A stretch of DNA of 59,401 bases from a virus. Positions 8,443 through 17,454 of this stretch are shown in pieces. The number at the start of each line of letters is the position of its first letter. The first letter of the stretch is position 1. A program made the position numbers and the translations under genes. The stretch lies in the IMG/VR virus record IMGVR_UViG_3300045988_077504, positions 1-59,401 of that record. One strand, given 5' to 3'. The notes beneath the pieces were generated by a model that saw only the letters and a list, made by a program, of their open reading frames with translations, was not told the DNA's origin and did not search any database.

Positions 8443-8898
8443 ATGCAAAGCGAAATAGGAAAAGAGTACAAGAACCCTGCTGAACGCATGAGGTTCTTAA
8501 AAGACAACTGCGATAAGGTTGAGGAGAAATTCTACATGAAGTCTTACTCTCCAGAAGAATTGCAGCAACATAAAGAGAACCTTGCAAATCTCTCAATTGA
8601 AATTCAAGACATTGAAGAGGAGCTGAAGGCAGCAAAGGAACACTTCAAGGAGATGCTTAAACCGCTTAAGGAAGACAGAAAAGAAATGGTCGATAACATT
8701 AAGCAAAAAGCTGAAATGGTGAAAGAGCAGTGTTATGCCTTTGTAGACAGAGACACAAGACGAACTGCTTATTACAACTCTGATGGCGATCTTGTCGAAG
8801 AACGTCCATCTACGGCAGATGAGTTGCAACCAACATTGTTCCATACGATGCCAACGGCTGGTAACGACACACCAGCAAAGACTGGTACTGAAGCATAA
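8443..8898 (+). CDS. Hypothetical coiled-coil protein
   Basis: 151-aa ORF with a charged heptad-rich centre. No motif recognised. Confidence 0.55.
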   Translation: MQSEIGKEYKNPAERMRFLKDNCDKVEEKFYMKSYSPEELQQHKENLANLSIEIQDIEEELKAAKEHFKEMLKPLKEDRKEMVDNIKQKAEMVKEQCYAFVDRDTRRTAYYNSDGDLVEERPSTADELQPTLFHTMPTAGNDTPAKTGTEA

Positions 8899-8933
8899 GC
8901 AAATTAGTATAATTCTTTTAATATTAAGAAAAA

Positions 8934-9662
8934 ATGGAAGAACAAAAATTTCAAATCAATTTGGAGAAAGGTATCAAAGAGTTGGTTATTCGTGAAGGGG
9001 AAGCTCCGGAAAAGCTTCCAGAGAAAGCTCCAATCCCTGTTAGTCTTTATGGCAACATTGATAGTGTTGCTCGTTTTCTTGAAAAGCGTGTAGAACTTAT
9101 CAATATTGATAATGCTCACATTATTGTTAATCGAGAGCAGGTAAGTATTACGCTCATCATTAACGAGTCTGATGCATACAAGCGTGGGACTATTGGAGGC
9201 AAACTGCAAGTACATCCAGCTTTTGAGGCTTTTGGTATCAATAGCAATAAGGTTTGGACACCTAACGAGTTGGGAATGTTCTGTAAGATGAACCGTTCAT
9301 TCTTCGCTGACAGAAGTGAGAATATGAAGTTAGTGGCAACACTGATGAACTTCACAGCTACCATTAACAACAAATTAGATAAGCAGTTACAGGAGAACGG
9401 AAGTCGTACTGACAATTTCTCACAAGTGGTAAACAGTAACCTCCCTGATAAGTTCACTGTTAAGCTCCCTGTTTTCAAAGGTCTACCAGCAGAAATCCTT
9501 GAAGTGGAAACATTTGCGCAAGTAGATGGCAGACAGGTACAGTTTGTTCTTCTGTCTCCAGGCGCAAAGGAAACCTTAGAGGAGCAGAGGGATAAGGTTA
9601 TTGACGAGCAAGTCACTTCTATAAAAGAGATTGCACCTGATATTGTTATCATAGAAGAGTAA
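8934..9662 (+). CDS. Hypothetical protein
   Basis: 242-aa ORF in the recombination/replication module. No catalytic motif recognised. The antisense 219-aa ORF (9116..9775) is judged a shadow. Confidence 0.6.
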   Translation: MEEQKFQINLEKGIKELVIREGEAPEKLPEKAPIPVSLYGNIDSVARFLEKRVELINIDNAHIIVNREQVSITLIINESDAYKRGTIGGKLQVHPAFEAFGINSNKVWTPNELGMFCKMNRSFFADRSENMKLVATLMNFTATINNKLDKQLQENGSRTDNFSQVVNSNLPDKFTVKLPVFKGLPAEILEVETFAQVDGRQVQFVLLSPGAKETLEEQRDKVIDEQVTSIKEIAPDIVIIEE

Positions 9663-9668
9663 GTACGA

Positions 9669-10079
9669 ATGACACTCGAAGAAATGATTGCAAAGAAAAA
9701 GGCTACCACTCGAAAGCGTCCATCCGATGAGGAACACCGCATACAATGTTCTTGCGTGCGGTGGTTCAACCTCAAACATCGGAAACTAAAAGGAAGACTA
9801 TTTGCAGTCCCTAATGGTGGTAAACGTGATGCGCTTACTGGTGCAAAACTAAAAGCTGAGGGCGTCGTGGCTGGGGTGGCTGATTTAATACTCCTTGTTC
9901 CTAATAGATTTTATGGAGCATTGCTTGTTGAAATGAAGACTCTGACAGGTAGACAAAGTGAATCGCAAAAGGACTGGGAGCAAATCATTACCTCTGAGGG
10001 AGATTATAAATACGTGGTTTGTCATTCTCTCGATGATTTTATCAGAGAAGTTGACGACTACCTTAAATACTGTGATTGA
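9669..10079 (+). CDS. VRR-NUC domain nuclease
   Basis: EEHRIQCSCVRWF...AVPNGGKRDALTGAKLKAEGVVAGVADLILLVP...LLVEMKTLTGRQSESQKDW matches the VRR-NUC pattern (E..Q, NGG.R, G.pDl, E.K...G.lS..Q). Confidence 0.8.
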   Translation: MTLEEMIAKKKATTRKRPSDEEHRIQCSCVRWFNLKHRKLKGRLFAVPNGGKRDALTGAKLKAEGVVAGVADLILLVPNRFYGALLVEMKTLTGRQSESQKDWEQIITSEGDYKYVVCHSLDDFIREVDDYLKYCD

Positions 10080-10684
10080 TTATGAGCAAAAGGGAAAGTT
10101 TCGTTTTTTACACGGAATGGCAGGACATCCTGATGGAATACCCTGCGGAGGTCAGGCTTGAGGTGTACGATGCTATCATTACGTATGCAGCAACGGGGAC
10201 ACTGGTAAAGCTGAAACCGCTAAGTAAAATGGCGTTCTCATTCATGAAAAAAACAATAGATAGAAATATTGAAAAATTCGAGACGGTCTCTGATAGGCGA
10301 AGTAGAGCAGCCAAAGCAAGATGGGATAATAATCTTTCAAAAGATGATACTAAGAGATCTCAATCTTCTTCGCTGCCAATTACAGACGCAACAACACTTG
10401 ATGATGAAATTGATGAATTGAAGTCTTCCGAAGTATGGTTAGATAGTATGCAGAACCTCCACCACATGAATGTCGATGAACTCAAAAACAAACTTGATGA
10501 GTTCAAACTTCAATGTGTTGCTGATGGTAAGACATCACACGACAATATCAATGATGCAAAGAAACATTTCAATAACTGGTTAAGAATTGTAAGCAATGAT
10601 AAAGTTAGAACCGACAGCAAAGTTGGACGTAGAGGAAATCTGCTCAAGGCTGATGAAAAGAAAACGTATTCCAACTCGTTTTAG
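10076..10684 (+). CDS. Hypothetical protein (possible replication-initiation or loader partner)
   Basis: 202-aa ORF. Its start overlaps the VRR-NUC stop by 4 nt, and it lies immediately upstream of the DnaC-like ATPase. The assignment rests on position only. Confidence 0.55.
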   Translation: MIMSKRESFVFYTEWQDILMEYPAEVRLEVYDAIITYAATGTLVKLKPLSKMAFSFMKKTIDRNIEKFETVSDRRSRAAKARWDNNLSKDDTKRSQSSSLPITDATTLDDEIDELKSSEVWLDSMQNLHHMNVDELKNKLDEFKLQCVADGKTSHDNINDAKKHFNNWLRIVSNDKVRTDSKVGRRGNLLKADEKKTYSNSF

Positions 10685-11330
10685 ATTACCTTATACAACA
10701 GAACAGGTTTATACGATGCTGTGCGCTTCCTGTAAGGTAGAAGTTACATCACGTATGCGCAAGTTCATGTTGTCTGATAAGTATAAACAACACCTTTGGG
10801 ATATATCTAAATGGCTCACTTCTACTGATTGTACATTCGGTCTGTTTCTCTCAGGCAACAAAGGCAATGGCAAAACAACTATCGTTAAAGCCCTGCAATC
10901 ACTTTACGCCTATATTCATTCAGATGAAACCTCACACACAGAAAAGGAACTGTACGAGTTACCATACAAAGGTTTTGTGATTATCACGGCAAAAGAACTG
11001 GTGCAGTATGCCAAAGCATTTGCTAACCCAACTAAAGAGAATGCAGAGGCTGTAGCGTATTTCAACAAGATAAGGAATATAGAAGTCTTATGTATTGACG
11101 ACCTTGGTGCAGAAGCACGTGAGAGTCTCCACTATGGAGAAATCATAACGGCAGTTACCGATATTATCCATCATCGCTATCAGGAACAATTCTGCACCAT
11201 AGCAACTTCTAACTTGTCGGGAAAGGAGATAGGAAAATATTACGATGAACGTCTCGCTGACCGACTAAGAGAAATGGCACATATCGTAAACTTTGATAAT
11301 GAACCGTCTTTTAGAACTAACAACGTATGA
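10596..11330 (+). CDS. DnaC/IstB-like AAA+ ATPase (helicase-loader-like)
   Basis: Walker A GLFLSGNKGNGKTT and Walker B VLCIDDLGAE. The 5' end is uncertain. The longest ORF overlaps the upstream gene by 89 nt; alternative starts are at 10653 (MKRKR) and 10716 (MLCAS). Confidence 0.75.
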   Translation: MIKLEPTAKLDVEEICSRLMKRKRIPTRFRLPYTTEQVYTMLCASCKVEVTSRMRKFMLSDKYKQHLWDISKWLTSTDCTFGLFLSGNKGNGKTTIVKALQSLYAYIHSDETSHTEKELYELPYKGFVIITAKELVQYAKAFANPTKENAEAVAYFNKIRNIEVLCIDDLGAEARESLHYGEIITAVTDIIHHRYQEQFCTIATSNLSGKEIGKYYDERLADRLREMAHIVNFDNEPSFRTNNV

Positions 11331-11503
11331 ACAACATTAGAAATGATTACGCCTACTGTTCGGGCGTAACTTGCAAGATGCGCAAGCAGTGTAACAGGTA
11401 TCTTCCTGACCCTCCTGATGCACGGTTATGGTGGGTAGATGTGAAGTATAATGAAAATACTGGAGAGTGTATACACTTTTCAGCAAGTAGAGAACAACAA
11501 TAA
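11327..11503 (+). CDS. Small Cys-rich protein (58 aa, below the ORF-track cutoff)
   Basis: Hand translation: MNNIRNDYAYCSGVTCKMRKQCNRYLPDPPDARLWWVDVKYNENTGECIHFSASREQQ*. The start overlaps the upstream stop as ATGA (11327..11330), and the ORF fills an otherwise empty 190-nt gap. Confidence 0.4.
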   Translation: MNNIRNDYAYCSGVTCKMRKQCNRYLPDPPDARLWWVDVKYNENTGECIHFSASREQQ

Positions 11504-11522
11504 ACAATCAAAATAGACAATT

Positions 11523-12263
11523 ATGAAGAAAAAACAATTTAATCTTAGTGAGTTTGTATCGAATGAGGAAACACCAGTGGTAACATCTAACAATAATGCT
11601 GTTCGCATTGTAGCTACAGATGTCAAGTGTGATAATGGTAAAACTAAAATTTTGGCTCTTATCGCAGAAGATAATGGGACGGAATATCCTATACTCTTGC
11701 CAATAGATGGTAATGCAAGCCGTTATGGTAGTCCTGGGTATAGCCTATACTTCAAGTCAAAAAGTGCTACCGACCGTATCAAGAACTTCGATGATGCCTA
11801 TCAGGAACTTGGAAGCAATCATCCTCTATGTCTTGAATATGAGAAAGCACGCCTCCTTGCAGGTATTGCAAAAGATGGTAGCGATTTGGCAGCATACTTA
11901 AAGTTACGTATTGTTGTTGCAGCTCTAAATGAGGGTTGGGAGCCTCAATTTACAGATGATGAATACAGATACTTCCCTTGGTTCTACTTCTACACCAAAC
12001 AGGAATGGGAGGAACTATCAGAAGAAGAGAAGTGCCGTGTGGTTGGTCGCTCGAACAGCAATGCGAGTGCGGGTGGCGGTCTCGTCTTTGCGGGCTCGGA
12101 TAGCGCATCATCGAGTGCGTACTCGAATGACGGTTCTCGGCTTGCCTTCAGAACTCGTGAACTCGCAGAATACGCAGGCAAACAGTTCATCGAGCTTTAT
12201 GCCGACCACTGTGTAGGAGGTGGAAAGCAAGATGAACTCGAAATTCCAGAAGGTTCAAAGTGA
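11523..12263 (+). CDS. Hypothetical protein with a C-terminal lectin-like GC-rich patch
   Basis: 246-aa ORF. Codons at 12039..12149 (VVGRSNSNASAGGGLVFAGSDSASSSAYSNDGSRLAF) are paralogous to the tail-fibre C-terminus (see findings). Confidence 0.65.
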   Translation: MKKKQFNLSEFVSNEETPVVTSNNNAVRIVATDVKCDNGKTKILALIAEDNGTEYPILLPIDGNASRYGSPGYSLYFKSKSATDRIKNFDDAYQELGSNHPLCLEYEKARLLAGIAKDGSDLAAYLKLRIVVAALNEGWEPQFTDDEYRYFPWFYFYTKQEWEELSEEEKCRVVGRSNSNASAGGGLVFAGSDSASSSAYSNDGSRLAFRTRELAEYAGKQFIELYADHCVGGGKQDELEIPEGSK

Positions 12264-12791
12264 ATGAAGAAATTAAAACAACTAATTAAATACATAAATG
12301 ATATGAAAAAGTTTTTATTATTATTGGTTTTGGTGCTCTCTTTAGCATCATGTACAGAGAACTATTCTACAGGTGCAAAGGTCGGCACTGTATCGGAGTT
12401 TACAAAGAAAGGACTTGTGTGGGAGTCGTGGGACGGCATCTTGTATGTTACCCAAAATGGATATATCAAAACGTCAGAGCCTCTTTACTTCGCTTTCGAC
12501 AATGACAGGACAGACCAAGATAGTCTTATTAAACTTGTCGAACTGGCACAGGAAAAAGGCTACAAGGTCAAAATTAGTTATCACAAGACATTCGGCAAGA
12601 ACTGGTTTGATAACAGAGGCGGTTCAGATTATTTCGTTACTGGCGTTGAGATTGTGGACAAAGACCCATTTAAGGGTGCTAAGCCAGCCGATGTTGCAGC
12701 AGCGTTGAATGAGCAACAGTTGGAAGACGAAGCAAAAAAGAAAGAACAAGAGGATACGCAAACTGCTATCGAGATTAGTTCTGAAGAATAA
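12264..12791 (+). CDS. Putative lipoprotein
   Basis: 175-aa ORF. MKKFLLLLVLVLSLASCTENY is a signal peptide with a lipobox Cys. An alternative start is the ATG at 12303. Confidence 0.65.
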   Translation: MKKLKQLIKYINDMKKFLLLLVLVLSLASCTENYSTGAKVGTVSEFTKKGLVWESWDGILYVTQNGYIKTSEPLYFAFDNDRTDQDSLIKLVELAQEKGYKVKISYHKTFGKNWFDNRGGSDYFVTGVEIVDKDPFKGAKPADVAAALNEQQLEDEAKKKEQEDTQTAIEISSEE

Positions 12792-12794
12792 CCA

Positions 12795-12826
12795 ATATTC
12801 TCACCGCCTTAGGGCGGTGAGAATAT
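12795..12826 (+). terminator. Perfect 14-bp stem, 4-nt loop hairpin
   Basis: ATATTCTCACCGCC (12795..12808), loop TTAG, GGCGGTGAGAATAT (12813..12826). It starts 4 nt after the lipoprotein stop. There is no long T-run, so it may act as an attenuator or stabiliser. Confidence 0.6.
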
Positions 12827-12841
12827 CTAAGAAAAATCGTT

Positions 12842-13150
12842 ATGTCAGAAAAAATAAAAAGGTGCGAAGTGTGTGGGGAGGAAAAGCCACTATCAGAGTT
12901 CTCTAAATCATACAAGCATCGCTGTAAAAAATGTGTTGCAGAGGAAACAAGGTTCAAAAGACATGGGAATACAAACAAACCAGTACTTGCTATTCCAACA
13001 ATCGACTGGGAACAAAGACGGTATGAAATTGCAAAAGACATAGTGGCTTATTCATTCTCTACACCAATGCATGGTATGAGTATGGCTTCGTATATTCATA
13101 ACTGTGTAGAGGTAGCTGATATGTTGATTGAAGAACTTAAAATGAAGTAA
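12842..13150 (+). CDS. Zinc-ribbon protein, function unknown
   Basis: 102-aa ORF with CEVCGEEK...CKKC (two CxxC pairs) at the N-terminus. Confidence 0.55.
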   Translation: MSEKIKRCEVCGEEKPLSEFSKSYKHRCKKCVAEETRFKRHGNTNKPVLAIPTIDWEQRRYEIAKDIVAYSFSTPMHGMSMASYIHNCVEVADMLIEELKMK

Positions 13151-13152
13151 TT

Positions 13153-13276
13153 ATGACACGGGAGTATAAGTTTAGGAGGAAAGCGATTAGATAATGGCGA
13201 GTGGATATATGGATATCTCCATCGTTATTATAATGGCACATCCTTCATCGCAGAATATGATATGACAACTCGTTAA
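13153..13276 (+). pseudogene. Frameshifted and truncated YopX-like gene remnant
   Basis: The frame from the ATG at 13153 gives MTREYKFRRKAIR*. The +1 frame from 13184 continues RLDNGEWIYGYLHRYYNGTSFIAEYDMTTR*. Joined, they resemble the YopX N-terminus (..KFR..d.g.W.YG). There is no ATG in the second frame. Confidence 0.4.
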
Positions 13277-13349
13277 GTTAAAAAGGAAACTATCAAACAT
13301 GTTCCTTATGAAGTTGGCAAAAATGTTTAACAATATAAACTTATAAATT

Positions 13350-13565
13350 ATGCAAACAACAGTATTAAAAGAAGTAATTGCGTTCCTGCTTGGGCGCAAG
13401 TATTATGCAAATATCGTAGCAACAAAGGGAACTGGCAAAACAGAACTCTGTTCTTACATCTTCAAAAGCAAGGAGGAAGCCGATAAGCATAGAGCAGATT
13501 TGCAAACAACGCTCTCATTCCTCTTCATTGAAACAGTTTCTTTCCGTTCTCGTAAAGAGTATTAA
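13350..13565 (+). CDS. Hypothetical protein
   Basis: 71-aa ORF on the operon strand. No motif recognised. Confidence 0.45.
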   Translation: MQTTVLKEVIAFLLGRKYYANIVATKGTGKTELCSYIFKSKEEADKHRADLQTTLSFLFIETVSFRSRKEY

Positions 13566-13596
13566 GAGATAAACCGAAGTTGTCGGTTATGTATAA

Positions 13597-13604
13597 TATA
13601 TTTG
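13597..13604 (+). promoter_or_regulatory. Candidate TAnnTTTG -7 box
   Basis: TATATTTG ends 6 nt before the ATG at 13611, which would imply a near-leaderless transcript for the 13611..16818 pair. Confidence 0.3.
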
Positions 13605-13610
13605 CATATT

Positions 13611-14012
13611 ATGGTAACAATCTTCAATAAAATACAGAACTGGTATAGGTCTTTACGTCTATTCGTTATACTTGACCCTGCCGACAACTCTGTAACATTA
13701 TCAAAGCATCTTTTCAGCCACATTCGTAACAATTCGGGGGTGGCTGAAAAAGCCACAGTTTTTGTATTCCGTGTGTCTGGTACAGGCTCGTTTGGCTTCA
13801 TGGTCAATCCTGATATAGATAAACCGACACAACTATGCGACATTCAGTATAACGGTAAATACAAGTGTATAGGATTTGAAACGCTCAATCCCTCTGTTGG
13901 GCGTATTCTTTACGACTACGGACTGTCTGCCCAGCACTGCTACAAACTGTCTGTGTCGGTAAAAGAAACAAATGGAAAGCTATTTTACCAAATAGATAAA
14001 CCAAGCAAGTAA
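13611..14012 (+). CDS. Hypothetical protein
   Basis: The ORF track starts at TTG 13602, and the first ATG is at 13611. It runs directly into the 934-aa gene (stop TAA 14010..14012, next ATG at 14014). Confidence 0.5.
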   Translation: MVTIFNKIQNWYRSLRLFVILDPADNSVTLSKHLFSHIRNNSGVAEKATVFVFRVSGTGSFGFMVNPDIDKPTQLCDIQYNGKYKCIGFETLNPSVGRILYDYGLSAQHCYKLSVSVKETNGKLFYQIDKPSK

Positions 14013-14013
14013 T

Positions 14014-16818
14014 ATGATAAAGGAAATTAAGTATAACGGACTTACAACCGTCCCACCAGATAACTTGTGTCCTGATGGTGATGCTGCTTTTTTGCTTAAT
14101 CTTGTGCCTGAAGACGGTGCATTGAAACCAGTGTTGCCTCCAAAGACGGTCATGGAGTTATCGGCAAATATGCGTATCGTCTATATACATAAGTCCTCAA
14201 CCTACAAGCATTATATCATACATGATACCGAAAGTAAAAAGCTGGTATGGACTTCTAATGGTAAGGAGTTCGCAGATATGTGTGCTTTAGACACAAAAGA
14301 ATTGCATCAAGTTGTTGGTGTTGGTAATACGCTTATAGCCCTTACAGATAATGGTATGTTATACTTTCTGTGGAAAGGAGAACAAGCAAAGTATCTATTC
14401 CTTGGCAATGGTATTCCTGAGTTATCTTTATCTTTTGGGTTACAAGGAGAAATGAAGCTAAGTGATAGGTTTACAATAAATTTTGATAAACTAGAATATT
14501 GGCTAAAGGAGGGACGCATGTACTTTTATGAATTTTCATCCGAAAACAAGAAAAAAGTATCTTCACAGGTTCTTGCTAAAGTAAACAAGTTTATATCTGA
14601 TAAGTCCACAAACAAAGGAAAATTCCTATATCCATTTTTTTTGAGGTATGCATATAGACTATATGATGGTAGCCTCATCAGGCATTCAGCACCTATACTA
14701 ATGATTTGTTCAACCAGTTGCACACCTATTGTGATTTGGAGTAGGGTATATGGAGACGGGTATGATACTGCCGACCTTCGTGTCATAGGTATGTTACATA
14801 AACTCGACTATGCTGTTATCAATGAAAGCGAATTGAATTTGCTTAAGAATTGGTCAGATATAGTTAAGTCAGTAGACATCTTTGTTTCGAGACCTATTTA
14901 TACTTACGACCAAAACGGAGAGTGCGATAGATTCTATAACTATGACGAGCTCGAAGAAGAGGATTGGGGGTATTCTGTTTGTAAACATATCAATGAAGAT
15001 GCCGACGTAGATACTGAATGTCCAATACGCTATCAAATGAAAGATATGGGCTATCTTTTTCAAATGACCTTTGATAAAGATAGTCTTGGGGACCGTCCTG
15101 GAGGTATTCTCGGACTTCCAATGAAAGATGCATCTACTATAAAAAAGGATATTCGAAATTGTTCTAACTTTTATCTCCTTAAAAGCATTAAGGTTGAAGA
15201 GCTAACAACGACTCGTACAATAATCGACATAAAAGAAGATTATTTGCAGTCGCTTGTTACTCGTGAGGTTATGACTGATGATTATGACAGTCACAATACG
15301 TTAATCCCGAAGTATGCATTTGTCTATAACTCACGTGTAAACCTTGCCAATATAAGGAAAAGGTTGTTTGAAGGTTTTAATGCTGCCTCTATATTGCCTT
15401 TTACAGATGGAAATATAAAATACGAGAGACGTAGAAAAGACAAAGGATATATTCCTCTTACTGAATATGATAAAAAAATCGTGCTATCATTTTATATATA
15501 TATTAAGCAAGATGGAAAGGATATAGTCGTTCATGGTAAAGCAGGGGTATTAGGATATGGTTCTCCCATTTTATTTATATATTACCCAAACGTGAATGCT
15601 TATAAGGCTGTTTTGGAATATTACGACTATAATGACGGTTCGAGAGTATTCTACGAAATACCGTTAGAACGACATGCTTTCCTAAATGGTTCTTTCTATT
15701 TCGGAGGATTTAGAAAAATAATAACGAAGAATGTTCCTTTATGTTTCGCAGGATGGGGAAAAATAACGGGGCAAGTTTCTCCTATTCCTACAGTATCTAA
15801 CGATAACGAACGTACAATAGATTTTCCAAACAAAATTTACACATCGGAGATAAACAATCCTTTCTATTATCCATTATTAGGTATCAATACTGTTGGTACT
15901 GGTAATATTATAGGAATTTGTTCAGCAGTTAAGGCTCTTAGTGAAGGTCAGTTCGGACAGTTCCCATTATATGCGTTTACAACAGAAGGAGTTTGGGCTT
16001 TGGAAATATCAAAGACTGGGACATATACAGCACGACAACCCATTACTCGTGATGTGTGTCTTAATGCAAAGTCTCTTACGCAGATTGACTCTGCTGTCTT
16101 GTTTGCCACAGATAGAGGAATAATGATGCTACAAGGTTCTCAATCAACATGTATATCAGATATTCTTAATGGAGATAATACGGTGTCGGTGCTGAACTTA
16201 CCAAAGATAGATAAAATTTTAGGTTTCGCAGGACAAAACAAAAGCTCGTTGCAGCTTCTTCCTTTTATGGAGTTTGTTAAGGACTGCCGTATGATATACG
16301 ACTACGAGCATCAGCGTATTATCGTGTACAATGATAGCAAGGATACAAGTACTAATAAGCTCCGATGCAACTACGCTTATGTATGGTCGCTGAAATCAAA
16401 GCAGTGGGGTATGATGCAATCAAACATAGCAGATAGTGTAAACGCTTACCCTGATGCACTAGCAGTAATTGATAATGGTAGTCTTGTAAATTTCTCTGAT
16501 GAGTCTGATGACACATATAAAAATATTGTTATATCTCGCCCTATAAAACTTGACGCATTCGATATACACAAGTCTGTCGATACCATTATACAACGTGGTG
16601 TATTCCATAAAGGACATGTAAAATCGGTATTGTTTGCTTCTAATGATTTGTATAATTGGGTTCCTGTATGGTCTTCTGTAGACCATTACTTGCGTGGGTT
16701 TAGAGGTACACCGTATAAGTACTTGCGTATAGCTTTACTTACTGGGCTTACGAAAGATGAAGGTATTACTGGTTGTTCTGTACAGTTCACTCCACGACTG
16801 AACAACCAACCACGATAG
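14014..16818 (+). CDS. Large hypothetical protein with propeller-like repeats (possible virion or tail component)
   Basis: 934-aa ORF. It has recurrent blade-like motifs: LIALTDNGMLYFLW, YAFTTEGVWALE, LFATDRGIMMLQ, LAVIDNGSLVNF. No enzymatic motif recognised. Confidence 0.75.
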   Translation: MIKEIKYNGLTTVPPDNLCPDGDAAFLLNLVPEDGALKPVLPPKTVMELSANMRIVYIHKSSTYKHYIIHDTESKKLVWTSNGKEFADMCALDTKELHQVVGVGNTLIALTDNGMLYFLWKGEQAKYLFLGNGIPELSLSFGLQGEMKLSDRFTINFDKLEYWLKEGRMYFYEFSSENKKKVSSQVLAKVNKFISDKSTNKGKFLYPFFLRYAYRLYDGSLIRHSAPILMICSTSCTPIVIWSRVYGDGYDTADLRVIGMLHKLDYAVINESELNLLKNWSDIVKSVDIFVSRPIYTYDQNGECDRFYNYDELEEEDWGYSVCKHINEDADVDTECPIRYQMKDMGYLFQMTFDKDSLGDRPGGILGLPMKDASTIKKDIRNCSNFYLLKSIKVEELTTTRTIIDIKEDYLQSLVTREVMTDDYDSHNTLIPKYAFVYNSRVNLANIRKRLFEGFNAASILPFTDGNIKYERRRKDKGYIPLTEYDKKIVLSFYIYIKQDGKDIVVHGKAGVLGYGSPILFIYYPNVNAYKAVLEYYDYNDGSRVFYEIPLERHAFLNGSFYFGGFRKIITKNVPLCFAGWGKITGQVSPIPTVSNDNERTIDFPNKIYTSEINNPFYYPLLGINTVGTGNIIGICSAVKALSEGQFGQFPLYAFTTEGVWALEISKTGTYTARQPITRDVCLNAKSLTQIDSAVLFATDRGIMMLQGSQSTCISDILNGDNTVSVLNLPKIDKILGFAGQNKSSLQLLPFMEFVKDCRMIYDYEHQRIIVYNDSKDTSTNKLRCNYAYVWSLKSKQWGMMQSNIADSVNAYPDALAVIDNGSLVNFSDESDDTYKNIVISRPIKLDAFDIHKSVDTIIQRGVFHKGHVKSVLFASNDLYNWVPVWSSVDHYLRGFRGTPYKYLRIALLTGLTKDEGITGCSVQFTPRLNNQPR

Positions 16819-16865
16819 TTTAGGTTAGTTTTTACTAAGGTTAGTTAAGATTGTTATTCATGGAA

Positions 16866-16898
16866 AAAGGCAGGGCTACGTGATGTAACTCTGCCTTT
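16866..16898. terminator. Bidirectional hairpin terminator between the convergent early and late blocks
   Basis: AAAGGCAG (16866..16873) pairs with CTGCCTTT (16891..16898). T-runs follow on both strands (tgcttttt on plus, tttttcc on minus). Confidence 0.5.
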
Positions 16899-16903
16899 GC
16901 TTT

Positions 16904-17443
16904 TTACCACGGCTTTAGTTTCCGCCTTATCTTTCCAGTTCTTGACACAAGTGATGTCCGTATCTTTGTTTTCAGTTCGTCCACTTTATCTATCCAGTGT
17001 CCAGTACTCGCAGGAAGCGTGATGCTCATCCAGTCTGCAAGAACTCTACAAACCAAAAACTCATGTATCAAATGCTCTAACATCTTAACGGTGGTCATAG
17101 AGAATGTAGACGGTAAAGATAGACATACCTTGTACTCATCAGGTTCTACGAGAACATCATTAAGCGTCTGTTCCGTATCTGGTATATCTTCCTTTGCGTA
17201 TGGAAATAGCAACTCAACACATTCAGAATGGGCTAAATTTAGGACTCGTGTAACGCGATCTACATTACCGTCTTGTGCAATATCAAACACCTGATGCTTC
17301 GTGTGTTCCTCATCCTGTGGCATAATATCAGCCTCAACGAAAGAGTAATTACTCGCATCATACAACAACTCGGCACGTTTGAATGTAAGCGTTACCAATT
17401 TGTTACTTTTTTCAGCTATGTTCTGATTTTGGCAATATCCCAT
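16904..17443 (-). CDS. Paralog 3 of a tandem three-gene family, function unknown
   Basis: 179 aa. The C-terminal half (YKVCLSLPSTF...RVLADWMSIT...KIRRKLKPW) aligns with the two upstream genes. Confidence 0.7.
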   Translation of the reverse strand: MGYCQNQNIAEKSNKLVTLTFKRAELLYDASNYSFVEADIMPQDEEHTKHQVFDIAQDGNVDRVTRVLNLAHSECVELLFPYAKEDIPDTEQTLNDVLVEPDEYKVCLSLPSTFSMTTVKMLEHLIHEFLVCRVLADWMSITLPASTGHWIDKVDELKTKIRTSLVSRTGKIRRKLKPW

Positions 17444-17454
17444 ATTACAGAAGA

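Noticed and set aside
12039-12149. The early-gene patch acting as the DGR template repeat (TR) for the fibre patch at 20961..21071 (VR).
   Set aside because: Many mismatches fall at positions that are not adenine in either sequence (for example tcg/gcg, ggt/cgt, ttt/ggt). The copies are on opposite strands, and no reverse transcriptase ORF (YxDD-type) exists in the window. A direct TR-VR relationship is not supported; only paralogy is.
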